Shown in pieces: positions 17,666 through 26,867 of a DNA stretch of 59,293 nucleotides. Origin of the DNA: Acidimicrobiales bacterium. Its GTDB lineage: Bacteria > Actinomycetota > Acidimicrobiia > Acidimicrobiales > UBA8190. The position numbers were made by a program, and so were the translations under genes. Where the stretch lies: positions 1 through 59,293 of the forward strand of contig JBEKVE010000004.1 of NCBI GenBank assembly GCA_049514335.1, read 5' to 3'. The notes beneath the pieces were generated by a model. That model had not been told where the DNA came from, made no database searches, and saw nothing but the letters and a program-made list of their open reading frames with translations. Positions within the stretch are counted from its first letter, which is position 1; each line of letters begins with the position of its first letter.

Positions 17666-18298
17666 ATGCCGTCGGATCGCAAGATGCGGAAGTTCATTCG
17701 GCAGTGGCGCAGGCGCTACCCCTATCCCGCGGCGTGGATAGACAACCGAGCCAACAAGCAGTGCCGAAGGAGCGAGCGGGAGTGGCTCGCACAGTTTGCC
17801 GGCGCCGAAGTGCTGAAGAGGCGGGAAGTAGCGGCGCTCATTGAATGGAAGTTCGGCGGCCAGGCCAACCGCAAGGAGCAGGCCCTGGGAGGGATCGCCA
17901 GTCCTGCGGCCTGGGGCCACGCCCGTCGGTGCATCAAGAAGGCCCTTGCGGCCTCAAGTCCCACTGTCGCCCTCGACCACCTCCTGGGGGAGCGAGGGGG
18001 CATCTCAGGATGGGGGCCGGCCATGGCCAGCGTGGTTCTCGCTGCGTGCCGCCCGGGCGTCTACACCATCGCCGATCAACGAGCCCTCCGGACGCTGAAG
18101 GCCCTCGATGTGTTTTCACCGCACTCCCAGGATGAGTTCGTGCGGCTCGACTGGCTTCCATACCTCAAGGTCTGTGGGAGATTGGCTCGTCTCGGCGATA
18201 TGTCGCTCCGAGATGTCGACCAGGCGTTGTGGGCCGCTGCCGATCGCGCTCCCCAACTCCCCGACTTGGTGCGCCCCAAAAGGCGCCACAAGACGTAG
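17666..18298 (+). CDS. Hypothetical protein with a possible helix-hairpin-helix-like segment
   Basis: This 210-aa ORF lies in a visibly lower-GC stretch. It contains GGISGWGPAMASVVLAACRPGVYTIADQRALRTL, which resembles HhH GxGxxxAxxIL motifs. No family is assigned. Confidence 0.55.
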   Translation: MPSDRKMRKFIRQWRRRYPYPAAWIDNRANKQCRRSEREWLAQFAGAEVLKRREVAALIEWKFGGQANRKEQALGGIASPAAWGHARRCIKKALAASSPTVALDHLLGERGGISGWGPAMASVVLAACRPGVYTIADQRALRTLKALDVFSPHSQDEFVRLDWLPYLKVCGRLARLGDMSLRDVDQALWAAADRAPQLPDLVRPKRRHKT

Positions 18299-18368
18299 AA
18301 GACGCACGCTTCGCCGACCGAGCGCTGGCGAGCCCAGTGATAACGGGAGCGAACTGAAGGAGGACTGA

Positions 18369-19034
18369 ATGTCGAGATTGCTCGTGCGCAACTACTCGAT
18401 CTCGCTCGATGGTTACGGCGCCGGGCCCCACCAGGATCTCGACCATCCGCTCGGTATCGGGGGCACGCAGCTCCACGAATGGATCTTCGCCACCCGCAGC
18501 GGCCGTCAGATGATCGGCAGCGAAGGTGGGAGCGAGGGAATCGACCACGGCTTCTTCTCGGAGCGGCAATCCGGAGTGGGTGCCACCATCATGGGTCGGA
18601 ACATGTTCGGCCCGATTCGTGGCCCATGGGGCGAGAGCGAGTGGACCGGATGGTGGGGAGAGGACCCCCCCTTTCATCACGAGGTCTTCGTGCTGACGCA
18701 CCACCCGCATCCTCCGGTCGAAATGGAGGGGGGAACGACGTTCCACTTCATGGACGGTGGGATCGAAGCAGCGCTCAGCGCAGCCCTCGAAGCAGCGGGC
18801 GACCGCGATGTCCTTGTCGGAGGTGGCGCAGCCACCATCAGGCAGTACCTACGTGCTTCGCTCATCGACGAAATGCATCTCGCAATCGTGCCTGTGTTAC
18901 TCGGTAGCGGCGAACGACTCTTCGACGATCTCGGCCCCAGCACCGGTGACTACCGCTGCGTCGAACGCGTGTGTTCGTCGGCCGTTACCCACGTCCGCAT
19001 CGCACGGACGAGTCGTGATGCGATACGCCACTGA
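18369..19034 (+). CDS. Dihydrofolate-reductase-like / RibD C-terminal domain family protein
   Basis: The product begins MSRLLVRNYSISLDGYGAGP.... It also has TIMGRNMF, VLVGGGAATIRQYL, LIDEMHLAIVPVLLGSGERLF. This is a typical RibD_C pattern. Confidence 0.8.
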   Translation: MSRLLVRNYSISLDGYGAGPHQDLDHPLGIGGTQLHEWIFATRSGRQMIGSEGGSEGIDHGFFSERQSGVGATIMGRNMFGPIRGPWGESEWTGWWGEDPPFHHEVFVLTHHPHPPVEMEGGTTFHFMDGGIEAALSAALEAAGDRDVLVGGGAATIRQYLRASLIDEMHLAIVPVLLGSGERLFDDLGPSTGDYRCVERVCSSAVTHVRIARTSRDAIRH

Positions 19035-19135
19035 CATCCGAAGAGGCTGAAATCAGCCTTCGCTGATCGCTGCACGTGTGGCCACGAGCAACCCTGTGCG
19101 CGGTGGTGACAGAGCGTTCCGGTGAGATGGCAGAG

Positions 19136-19162
19136 CCCAGGTCAGACCCTGTCTGACCTGGG
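19136..19162. terminator. Perfect 12-bp hairpin between the DHFR-like gene and tRNA-Ala (bidirectional terminator candidate)
   Basis: The sequence is CCCAGGTCAGAC-cct-GTCTGACCTGGG. A weak T run (CTTTC) follows on the plus strand. Confidence 0.5.
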
Positions 19163-19170
19163 CTTTCGGG

Positions 19171-19244
19171 TGGAGGCGAAGGGACTCGAACCCTCGAACC
19201 TCTTGACTGCCAGTCAAGCGCTCTACCAACTGAGCTACGCCCCC
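19171..19244 (-). tRNA. tRNA-Ala (anticodon GGC)
   Basis: The reverse complement is GGGGGCGTAGCTCAGTTGGTAGAGCGCTTGACTGGCAGTCAAGAGGTTCGAGGGTTCGAGTCCCTTCGCCTCCA. It forms a cloverleaf with the G3:U70 Ala identity pair and anticodon loop CTGGCAG. No CCA is encoded. Confidence 0.9.
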
Positions 19245-19370
19245 GGGGCCGACCGGAGAGGTTATCAGCCCTCTCCGTACCGCCGTCCGAGCCTCGACTC
19301 CTCGCGGCACCCGGATCCGACGCCCGAGCGGTCGGCCGGGACCGGGCGCCGCGTTCCGTAGAATCCGGGA

Positions 19371-21851
19371 ATGGCGCGGGCCTACGACGTCCAGGCAGTC
19401 GAGCGGAAGTGGCAGCAGCGCTGGGCGGACGAGCATCTCTACGAGGTCGACGTGGACGAGGCCCGGCCCGCCCAGTACGTGCTGTGCATGTACCCCTACC
19501 CGAGCGGCCCGGCCCACCAGGGCCACGTCCGCAATTACACCTTCGGCGATCTGATCGTCCGGCACCGCACCATGCAGGGAGCGGCGGTGCTGTCGCCCTT
19601 CGGATTCGACTCCTTCGGCCTCCCGGCCGAGAACGCCGCCATCCGCACCGGCGAGCACCCCCGGTCCTTCACCGAGGCCCGCATCGCCGAGCTCAAGTCG
19701 AGCGTGCAGCGGCTGGGAGCGGTCTACGACTGGCGCCGCGAGGTCCGCAGCCACGACCCCTCCTACATCCACTGGAACCAGATGATCTTCCTGCGGTTCC
19801 TCGAGGCGGGCCTGGCCTACCGAGCCGAGGCGCCCGTCAACTGGTGCCCGGGCTGCCAGACCGTGCTGGCCAACGAGCAGGTCCTGGCCGACGGGCGCTG
19901 CGAGCGGTCGGGGGACCTGGTGGTGCAGCGCGACCTCGAGCAGTGGTTCTTCCGCACCACCGCCTATGCCGACGAGCTGCTCGACTCGCTCGACGACCTG
20001 GACTGGCCCGAGCGGGTGAAGACCATGCAGCGCAACTGGATCGGGCGCTCCGAGGGGGTCGAGTTCGACCTCGAGGTGGTCGGGCACGCGGGCGAGACGC
20101 TGCGGGTCTTCACCACCCGCCCCGACACGAGCTTCGGCATGACCTATGCCGTGGTCGCCCCCGAGCACCCGCTCGTGGACCGCATCACCACCGACGACCG
20201 GCGCCCGGCGGTGGACGCCCTGCGGACCTCCGCCGCCTCCAAGAGCGAGGTCGACCGCACCTCGGAGGAGGGGACCGAGACGCTGGCCAAGCGGGGGGCG
20301 GCCACCGGTGGCCACGTCGTGAACCCCTTCACCGGGGACGCCATCCCGGTGTTCGTGGCCGATTACGTCCTCATGCGCTACGGCACGGGGGCGATCATGG
20401 CCGTGCCCGCCGAGGACACCAGGGACTGGGACTTCGCCCGGGCCCACGGCCTGCCCGTGGTGCGGACCACGCAGCCCCCCGAGGGGTTCGAGGACGGTGC
20501 CTGGACCGGTGGCGGGATCAAGATCAACTCCGGCTTCTTGGACGGCCTGGACGTGAGCGACGCCAAGGACCGGGCCGCGGACTGGCTCGAGGGGCGCGGC
20601 ATCGGCGTCCGCACCGTCAACTACCGCCTCCGGGACTGGCTGGTGTCGCGTCAGCGCTACTGGGGCTGCCCCATCCCCGTCGTGTTCTGCCCCGACCACG
20701 GCATCGTCGGGGTTCCCGAGGAACAGCTCCCGGTGCTCGCCCCCGACGACGTCGAGTTCCTCCCGACAGGGGAATCCCCCCTGGCGCGCCATCCGAGCTT
20801 CCGGCACGCGACCTGCCCTATCTGCGGCGGTCCGGCCCGACGCGAGACCGACACCATGGACACGTTCGTGGACTCGTCGTGGTACTTCCTGCGCTTCTGC
20901 GACCCGTGGTCCGACGACCGCCCCTTCGATCCCGCCGCCGCCCGGCACTTCATGCCCGTCGACCAGTACATCGGTGGCATCGAGCACGCCATCCTCCACC
21001 TCATGTACGCCCGCTTCTACACCAAGGCCCTCATCGACATCGGCCTCGCCCCTGGGTTGGGGCGCGAACCGTTCGAGCGTCTGTTCACCCAGGGCATGAT
21101 CCGCATCGACGGCAAGAAGATGTCGAAGTCCAAGGGGAACCTGATCACGCCGACCCGCTACTTCGACACCGTCGGCGCCGACGCGCTGCGCCTGTTCCAC
21201 GTCTTCGCCGGCCCGCCCGGTGACGACATGGACTGGACCGACCAGACCGAGAACGTCATCGAAGGCTGCGGGCGGTTCCTCGACCGCGTGTGGCGCCTCA
21301 CCGTCGAGGACGACCCCGAGGGGGCCGCGCCCCGCAGCGGCGATGCCACCGACGTCGACGTCGAGATCGCCCGGGCCACGCACCGGCTCGTCGCCAAGGT
21401 GAGCGAGGACATCGACCGGTGGTCGTTCAACACCGCCGTGGCCGCCTGCATGGAGTTCTCCAACGCCCTGCACCGCTACCGGCGAGAGACCCCGGGCGGG
21501 CCCCACGACTCCACCTACGGCGCCGCCGCCGATGCCCTGCTGCTCATGCTGGCCCCGATCGCACCCCACGCCACCGCCGAGGCCTGGGAGCGGCGCCACG
21601 GTGCGGGCTCGCTCCTGCATGCCCAGTCGTGGCCGTCGTTCGACCCGGAGCTGGCCCGGGCCGAGCGGGTGACGCTCGTGGTGCAGGTGAAGGGCAAGGT
21701 GCGCGACCGCATCGAGGTGTCCCCCGACATCACCGAGGACGAGGCCACGGCGGTGGCGCTGGCGTCGGAACGGGTGGTCGCCGAGCTGGCCGGGGCGGCG
21801 CCCACGCGGGTGGTGTCCCGGCCTCCGCGGCTCGTCAACATCGTCCCCTGA
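19371..21851 (+). CDS. leuS: Leucine--tRNA ligase
   Basis: The 826-aa product contains the HIGH-type region (PYPSGPAHQGHVRNY), a KMSKSKGN motif and a CP1 editing domain. TAGAAT lies at 19359-19364, just upstream of the ATG. Confidence 0.97.
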   Translation: MARAYDVQAVERKWQQRWADEHLYEVDVDEARPAQYVLCMYPYPSGPAHQGHVRNYTFGDLIVRHRTMQGAAVLSPFGFDSFGLPAENAAIRTGEHPRSFTEARIAELKSSVQRLGAVYDWRREVRSHDPSYIHWNQMIFLRFLEAGLAYRAEAPVNWCPGCQTVLANEQVLADGRCERSGDLVVQRDLEQWFFRTTAYADELLDSLDDLDWPERVKTMQRNWIGRSEGVEFDLEVVGHAGETLRVFTTRPDTSFGMTYAVVAPEHPLVDRITTDDRRPAVDALRTSAASKSEVDRTSEEGTETLAKRGAATGGHVVNPFTGDAIPVFVADYVLMRYGTGAIMAVPAEDTRDWDFARAHGLPVVRTTQPPEGFEDGAWTGGGIKINSGFLDGLDVSDAKDRAADWLEGRGIGVRTVNYRLRDWLVSRQRYWGCPIPVVFCPDHGIVGVPEEQLPVLAPDDVEFLPTGESPLARHPSFRHATCPICGGPARRETDTMDTFVDSSWYFLRFCDPWSDDRPFDPAAARHFMPVDQYIGGIEHAILHLMYARFYTKALIDIGLAPGLGREPFERLFTQGMIRIDGKKMSKSKGNLITPTRYFDTVGADALRLFHVFAGPPGDDMDWTDQTENVIEGCGRFLDRVWRLTVEDDPEGAAPRSGDATDVDVEIARATHRLVAKVSEDIDRWSFNTAVAACMEFSNALHRYRRETPGGPHDSTYGAAADALLLMLAPIAPHATAEAWERRHGAGSLLHAQSWPSFDPELARAERVTLVVQVKGKVRDRIEVSPDITEDEATAVALASERVVAELAGAAPTRVVSRPPRLVNIVP

Positions 21852-21853
21852 CA

Positions 21854-21892
21854 GGCGCGCCCGCCCGTCACACGGGGCGGCAGGGGCGCGCC
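21854..21892. terminator. GC-rich hairpin between the convergent leuS and LLM oxidoreductase genes
   Basis: GGCGCGCCC (21854-62) pairs with GGGCGCGCC (21884-92). An inner imperfect stem is also present. There is no clear U-tract. Confidence 0.45.
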
Positions 21893-21895
21893 TTG

Positions 21896-22906
21896 CTACG
21901 CGGCCCGGAACCCCGCCAGGATCTGACGGATGCGGTCGCGCTCCATCCGGTAGGGGGCGTAGAAGCTGACGCGGGTGACCATGCCCCCGTAGCGCTCCAC
22001 CACCTTGGCGGGGATCTCCTCGGGCTCGCCCCGGACGGCGAAGGCGTCGAGCATGTCCTCGGGGATGAGGTCGGCCATGGTCACCCACTCACCGCGCTTG
22101 GAGAGCCGGTTGAGCTCCGGGAACAGCTCGCCCCACCCGTGCAGGTCGAGCACGGGCCGATACGCCGGTGTCGACGCGTAGAACGCCAACTGGGCCTTGA
22201 CGGCCTGCTCGGCGGCGGCCATCTCGGTCTCGTCGGCGCCGGTGACCATCATGGCGGGGTAGGAGATCTCGTAGTCCTGGCGGGTGCGCCCCGCCTTGGC
22301 GAGCCCGCGCTCGAGGGCGGGCAGGGTGATCTCGCGCATGTAGCGCGCCGTGGTGAACCCGTGGGCCAGGAGCCCGTCGGCCACCTCTCCCGCCACCTCG
22401 GTCATGCGCTCGCCCACGGCGGCGAGGAACACCTTGGGGGCGCCGTAGGGGTTCGGGCCGGGGCTGAACATCGGCGTCATGAGGGTGTGGGTGTAGAAGT
22501 CGCCCCGGAAGGCGAGCTTGCTGCCGTCGTGCCAGGCGGCCCAGATGGCCCGCATGGCGGCGATGAACTCGCGCATGCGCGCCGCGGGGTGCGACCACGG
22601 CATCGAATAGCGCTTCTCGATGTGCGGCTTGATCTGCGAGCCGAGACCCAGCATGAAGCGTCCCTTGGAGAAGTCGTGCAGGTCGTTGGCGAGCACGGCG
22701 GTGCTCATGGGGTTGCGGGCGAAGGCCACGGCGATGCCGGTGCCGAGCTCCACGCGCTCGGTGTGCTCCGCCGCCAGCAACAGAGGGAGGAACGGGTCGT
22801 GACCCGTCTCCGCGCACCACACCCCGTCGAACCCGTCCTCCTCGGCCCGTTTCGCCGTGGTTATGGCGTCACCCGGGTCGAATCCGATACCTCCGTCGAC
22901 CAGCAT
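21896..22906 (-). CDS. LLM-class (luciferase-like) F420-dependent oxidoreductase
   Basis: The internal Met at 22906 begins MLVDGGIGFDPGDAITTAKRAEEDGFDGVWCAETGHDPFLPL.... The product is 336 aa. The upstream part of the 536-aa ORF is non-coding extension. Confidence 0.85.
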   Translation of the reverse strand: MLVDGGIGFDPGDAITTAKRAEEDGFDGVWCAETGHDPFLPLLLAAEHTERVELGTGIAVAFARNPMSTAVLANDLHDFSKGRFMLGLGSQIKPHIEKRYSMPWSHPAARMREFIAAMRAIWAAWHDGSKLAFRGDFYTHTLMTPMFSPGPNPYGAPKVFLAAVGERMTEVAGEVADGLLAHGFTTARYMREITLPALERGLAKAGRTRQDYEISYPAMMVTGADETEMAAAEQAVKAQLAFYASTPAYRPVLDLHGWGELFPELNRLSKRGEWVTMADLIPEDMLDAFAVRGEPEEIPAKVVERYGGMVTRVSFYAPYRMERDRIRQILAGFRAA

Positions 22907-23056
22907 CGGACGACCATAACCGACGCGCCTCGCACAGCGCCCCGGGCCACGACCATGGGGGGCGTCGTGCCCGAAGCGCCGCCACCCGACGTGCACGGCC
23001 GTGACGCCGGAGGCGAGATCGTTGCCTTCGGCGTCGATGTAGCCGAGAATTCCTCC

Positions 23057-23485
23057 ATGGCCGAGGACGCGGCGCCCGAGCGCGAGGGGTATCTCCGACG
23101 CGTCCTCGATGCCCTCGAGCAGGGTCGGATCGAGCCCTACGAGTACACCCGCTCCGTCCTCGCCATCAACGCCGCTTCCACGACGCAGGAGATGGCCGCA
23201 GTGGCTGACCGGGCGTGGAGTCCCGCCCCCGACGACGCCGCCGCCGGCGCGCCGCCGGCCCGGGCCCTCGACCCGGTGGACCTGGCGCTCATGCGGACCA
23301 GGGGAGCGGCGGCCCTTGCGCCGCCACGGCCCCGGGCCCGGACAGTCAGCCTGGCCATCGTCTTCGCGCTGTTCGCCGTGCTCATCGCCGTGGGGCTGTG
23401 GCTGGCCGTGCACGTGCACGACTCGGGATCGGCGCCCGCCGGGATGCTGGTCGGCGCGCTGGTCCTGCACCGGTCCCGGCGCTGA
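23057..23485 (+). CDS. DUF1707 (SHOCT-like) domain membrane protein
   Basis: The start is ATG 23057. MAEDAAPEREGYLRRVLDALEQGRIEPYEYTRSVLAINAASTTQEMAAV matches the DUF1707 pattern. A C-terminal TM helix is present (VSLAIVFALFAVLIAVGLWLAV). Confidence 0.7.
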   Translation: MAEDAAPEREGYLRRVLDALEQGRIEPYEYTRSVLAINAASTTQEMAAVADRAWSPAPDDAAAGAPPARALDPVDLALMRTRGAAALAPPRPRARTVSLAIVFALFAVLIAVGLWLAVHVHDSGSAPAGMLVGALVLHRSRR

Positions 23486-23520
23486 GCCATCCGGACGCTG
23501 GACCATCCGGACGCTGGCGA

Positions 23521-24717
23521 TCAGTCCCGGTCCCGTCCGGGGAGGTCGATCCAGCTCCGGTCGAGCTGCGCCACGGAGGGGCAGCCGAGCAGCTGCAGGG
23601 TCCGCACCGTGTCGTCGCGCAGCACCTCCAGGACGCGCCCCACACCCGCCTCACCGGCAGCCGCCAGGCCGTACAGGTACGCCCGGCCGACGAGCACGGC
23701 GCACGCCCCGGCGGCCACGGCCTTCACCACGTCGCTGCCGCGCCGCACCCCGCCGTCGACCAGCACCGGCGCCCTTCCGTCCACGGCGTCCACCACGGCC
23801 GGGAGCACGTCCATGGTGGCGGGGGCGCCGTCGAGCTGGCGGCCCCCGTGGTTGGAGACGATCACGCCGTCGGCCCCCGCGCCCAGGGCGAGTGTGGCGT
23901 CCTCGGGGGTGACGATCCCCTTCACGACCAGCGGCCCGCTCCAGCGGCGCCGGATGTCGGACACATCGGCCCACGTGAAGGGTGAGGCGGCCATGGCCAC
24001 GCGCCGTGCCGTTGGATCGCCGGCGGCGGGATCCGACAGCGGGGCCCCGGTGGAGACCCGGGCGTCACGACCCCGTCTCCGGCCACGCAACTCGCTGCGG
24101 GCGGTGCCGAGCAGCCACCGCGGACGCGTCACCACCTGGGCGCCGAGACGAGCCGCCGGCCACGGGGCGAACCGGAAGGGCGGGGCTACGCCGTGGCGCA
24201 CGTCGCGCTCGCGGTTGCCGAGGGCGGCGGTGTCGACGGTGATCACCAAGCCGGCGTAGCCCGCCTGCTGCGCCCGCTTCACCAGCGCGTCGGTCTGGGA
24301 CGCGCCGCCCGGTGCGTAGAGCTGGAACCACAGGGGTCCATCCACCCCGGCCGCCACCTCCTCCAGCGCCGTGCCCGCCACGGAGCTGAGCACCGACACG
24401 GTGCCCGCTGCCGCTGCCGCCCGGGCCACGCAACGCGCCCCGTCGGGATGCATGATCCGCACCAGGCCGGCCGGAGCGAGCATCACGGGGAGCGACAGGG
24501 AGACCCCCAGGACCGACGTGGCGGTGTCGGCCTCGACGGCTCCCACCGCGGCGCGGGGGCGGAAGGTGATCCGGCGGAACGCCGCCACGTTCTGCGCTGC
24601 CGTGACCTCGTCGTCGGCGGCTCCGTCGATGTAGTCGAACACGGGCCGGGGCACAGCGCGCGCCGCGCCCCGTCTGGCGTCCTCGACGCTGTGGATGTTC
24701 GATGCCCGCACGGGCAC
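23521..24717 (-). CDS. FMN-dependent alpha-hydroxy-acid oxidase/dehydrogenase (LldD / glycolate-oxidase family)
   Basis: The product has ...VFDYIDGAADDEVT...NVAAFRRITFRPR...SNHGGRQLDG...DGGVRRGSDVVKA. These are typical FMN_dh motifs. The start codon is GTG. Confidence 0.88.
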   Translation of the reverse strand: MPVRASNIHSVEDARRGAARAVPRPVFDYIDGAADDEVTAAQNVAAFRRITFRPRAAVGAVEADTATSVLGVSLSLPVMLAPAGLVRIMHPDGARCVARAAAAAGTVSVLSSVAGTALEEVAAGVDGPLWFQLYAPGGASQTDALVKRAQQAGYAGLVITVDTAALGNRERDVRHGVAPPFRFAPWPAARLGAQVVTRPRWLLGTARSELRGRRRGRDARVSTGAPLSDPAAGDPTARRVAMAASPFTWADVSDIRRRWSGPLVVKGIVTPEDATLALGAGADGVIVSNHGGRQLDGAPATMDVLPAVVDAVDGRAPVLVDGGVRRGSDVVKAVAAGACAVLVGRAYLYGLAAAGEAGVGRVLEVLRDDTVRTLQLLGCPSVAQLDRSWIDLPGRDRD

Positions 24718-24784
24718 TCCCGTCCGTCGGCTGCCGGCTTCCGGGCCGTCACCGCCCGGTCACGGTCGCCGATCGTCGCTTCTG

Positions 24785-25678
24785 TCAGTCGTCGTCGCCC
24801 GGGCCGTCGTCGTTCGTCTCGTCGCGCAGGTAGCGCTCCAGTTCGGCCGCCAGCTCCTCCCCGGTGGGCAGCTGGCCCACGTCGAGCGGGTTGCCCTCGG
24901 CCTCGTCGACGCTGCGCTCGAGCTGGCGCACCATGGCCGTGTGCTCGTCGCTGCGGGCGATGAGGTCGTCCACCTGGCGCAGCGACGAGTCGGCCCCGGT
25001 GTGCAGGTCGCTCGAGTCGAGGGACAGTCCGGCCACCGCCGCCAACCCGTCGACCAGGGTGGCGCTGGCAGAGGGGAACGACATCCCCGACACGTAGTGC
25101 GGGACGCGCGCCCACAGCCCGACGGCGGGGATCCCGGCTTCGCCGAAGGCCACCTCGAGCGCCCCCCACACACCCGACGGCACGTCCAACTCACCCTGGA
25201 CCACCCCCACCTGTGCGACGAGATCGGCCGAGTCCTGCGGTGCGGTGGCGGCCAGGCGCACGGGCCGGGTGTGGGGGGCCGGGGCGGGGAAGGCGCCCAT
25301 GCCCACCACCATGCGCACACCGAGTTCGCGGGCCAGCACCACCACCGCGGACACGAAGCTCGGCCAGCGGAAGTCGGGCTCGGGGCCCACGAGGTAGCAG
25401 ACATCGGCTCCGACCCGATCGGTTCCGGCGCGCACCTGGATCACCGGCCAGGTGAGCCCCTCGTTGACCCCGTGGGAGATGTGCACCACCGGGCGCCGCG
25501 CCCGCTGGTCGATGAGGGACTCGCCGTCGAACGTGGCCACCAGCTCGGTGGGAGCGGCGGAAAGAAGGGTGGTGATGGCGCCATCGGCGCCGAGCCCGGC
25601 GTCGACCCATCCCTCGAGCACGACCACGAGCACAGGCTGGTCGAGGGTCCGTCCGAGGTGACGCTCGTACATGGTCAT
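24785..25678 (-). CDS. PAC2 (proteasome assembly chaperone 2-like) family protein
   Basis: The internal start begins MTMYERHLGRTLDQPVLVVVLEGWVDAGLG.... The C terminus is acidic (...DETNDDGPGDDD). It overlaps the upstream kinase-fold gene through ATGA. Confidence 0.8.
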   Translation of the reverse strand: MTMYERHLGRTLDQPVLVVVLEGWVDAGLGADGAITTLLSAAPTELVATFDGESLIDQRARRPVVHISHGVNEGLTWPVIQVRAGTDRVGADVCYLVGPEPDFRWPSFVSAVVVLARELGVRMVVGMGAFPAPAPHTRPVRLAATAPQDSADLVAQVGVVQGELDVPSGVWGALEVAFGEAGIPAVGLWARVPHYVSGMSFPSASATLVDGLAAVAGLSLDSSDLHTGADSSLRQVDDLIARSDEHTAMVRQLERSVDEAEGNPLDVGQLPTGEELAAELERYLRDETNDDGPGDDD

Positions 25679-26754
25679 CGGCCCGCGCCCTCGTCGCTCG
25701 GCGCGTCGAGCGCCCGCTCGGCCATCTCCGCCAGCCGCACCACGCTGTGGGCGAAGCCTTCGACACTGCTCCGGTCCCCGGCGGTCGCCCCACCCACGTA
25801 GCGGGCGTACACGCCCTGGATGATGCAGGCCAGCTTCCAGTACCCGAAGGCGACGTAGTAGTCGAGGTGCGTGAGGTCTCGGCCTGACGCCGCCGCATAG
25901 CGGGCCCGCACCTCGGCCCGCGACGGGAAGCCCGCCACCGTGGTCGGGGTCACGCCCACGAGCGCGCCCTCGTCCCCGGGATCGGTCCAGTACACCATGA
26001 GCAGTCCGACGTCGGCGAGGGGGTCGCCGAGCGTGCAGATCTCCCAGTCGAGCACGGCCCGCACCGTGCCGTCGGGACCGAGGACGGTGTTGTCGAGGCG
26101 GTAGTCGCCGTGCACGATGGACGTGCCCACCTGGGCGGGGACGGCCGACGCCAGGCGGTCGTGCACCGCACCGACGATCGTCGCCGTGTCGAGCCCTTCG
26201 ACCTGCGAATTGCGGAATTGCTCGTACCACCGGCGCAGCTGACGCTCCACGTACCCGTCGCGTTTGGCGAAGTCGCCGAGCCCCACGGCGTCCACGTCCA
26301 CGGCGTGGAGGGCAGCCAGGGTGTCGGCCAGCGATGCCCCCGAACGGCGCCGCGCCGCGGCGTCCAGATCGCGTTCCGCCCCGGCGGCGTCGCGCACGAT
26401 GGACCCCTCCACGAACTCCATCACGTAGAAGGGCCGCTCGTTCACGGTGGGGTCCTCGCACAGCCCGAGGGTGACCGGCACCGGCACCGGGGTCGGGCCC
26501 AGGGCCGTGATGACGCGGTGCTCGCGGGCCATGTCGTGGGCGGTGGGCAGGACGTGGCTGAGCGGCGGCCGGCGCAGCGCGTAGACGTGGCCCGCCCCGT
26601 CGACCACCCGATACGTCAGGTTGGAACGACCGCCGGCGATGAGGGTGAAGGTGAGGGGTGGCTCGCTCCCGGCCACGTGGGAAGAGAACCAGCGCGACAC
26701 GGCGGCGGCGTCGATCCCCTCGACCCCGCCGTCCACGAGGTCTGCCGTCTCCAT
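25675..26754 (-). CDS. Phosphotransferase-family protein (APH/ChoK fold, of the type often associated with acyl-CoA dehydrogenases)
   Basis: The start is at 26754 (METADLVDGG...). It contains GGRSNLTY, the motif IVHGDYRLDN and DWE. These match the catalytic loop of the APH fold. Confidence 0.82.
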   Translation of the reverse strand: METADLVDGGVEGIDAAAVSRWFSSHVAGSEPPLTFTLIAGGRSNLTYRVVDGAGHVYALRRPPLSHVLPTAHDMAREHRVITALGPTPVPVPVTLGLCEDPTVNERPFYVMEFVEGSIVRDAAGAERDLDAAARRRSGASLADTLAALHAVDVDAVGLGDFAKRDGYVERQLRRWYEQFRNSQVEGLDTATIVGAVHDRLASAVPAQVGTSIVHGDYRLDNTVLGPDGTVRAVLDWEICTLGDPLADVGLLMVYWTDPGDEGALVGVTPTTVAGFPSRAEVRARYAAASGRDLTHLDYYVAFGYWKLACIIQGVYARYVGGATAGDRSSVEGFAHSVVRLAEMAERALDAPSDEGAGR

Positions 26755-26867
26755 GGGCGTCACGCTACCCGCACCACGCCGAACGGCCCCCGTTCGACCA
26801 CGGGAACGGCGGCGCCTCACGGGGTGCACGGCATGGGTCCGGCGACCGAGCCGGTATCGTCGTATGC

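Noticed and set aside
19053-22088. A 1011-aa ORF lies antisense to leuS. Similar very long antisense or out-of-frame ORFs include 37673..40231 (-), 48133..50679 (-), 32579..34570 (-), 30958..32973 (-) and 21290..23485 (+).
   Set aside because: These are typical stop-codon-poor shadow frames of a 70% GC genome. Their translations are Arg/Gly/Pro/Ala-rich low-complexity sequence with no motifs. The opposite or alternative frame encodes unmistakable housekeeping proteins.
23487-23518. A 16-nt tandem duplication (CCATCCGGACGCTGGA / CCATCCGGACGCTGGC) lies in the 35-nt gap between two convergent stops.
   Set aside because: It is real in the sequence, but it is short and isolated. It needs no explanation beyond local slippage, and nothing further can be inferred.
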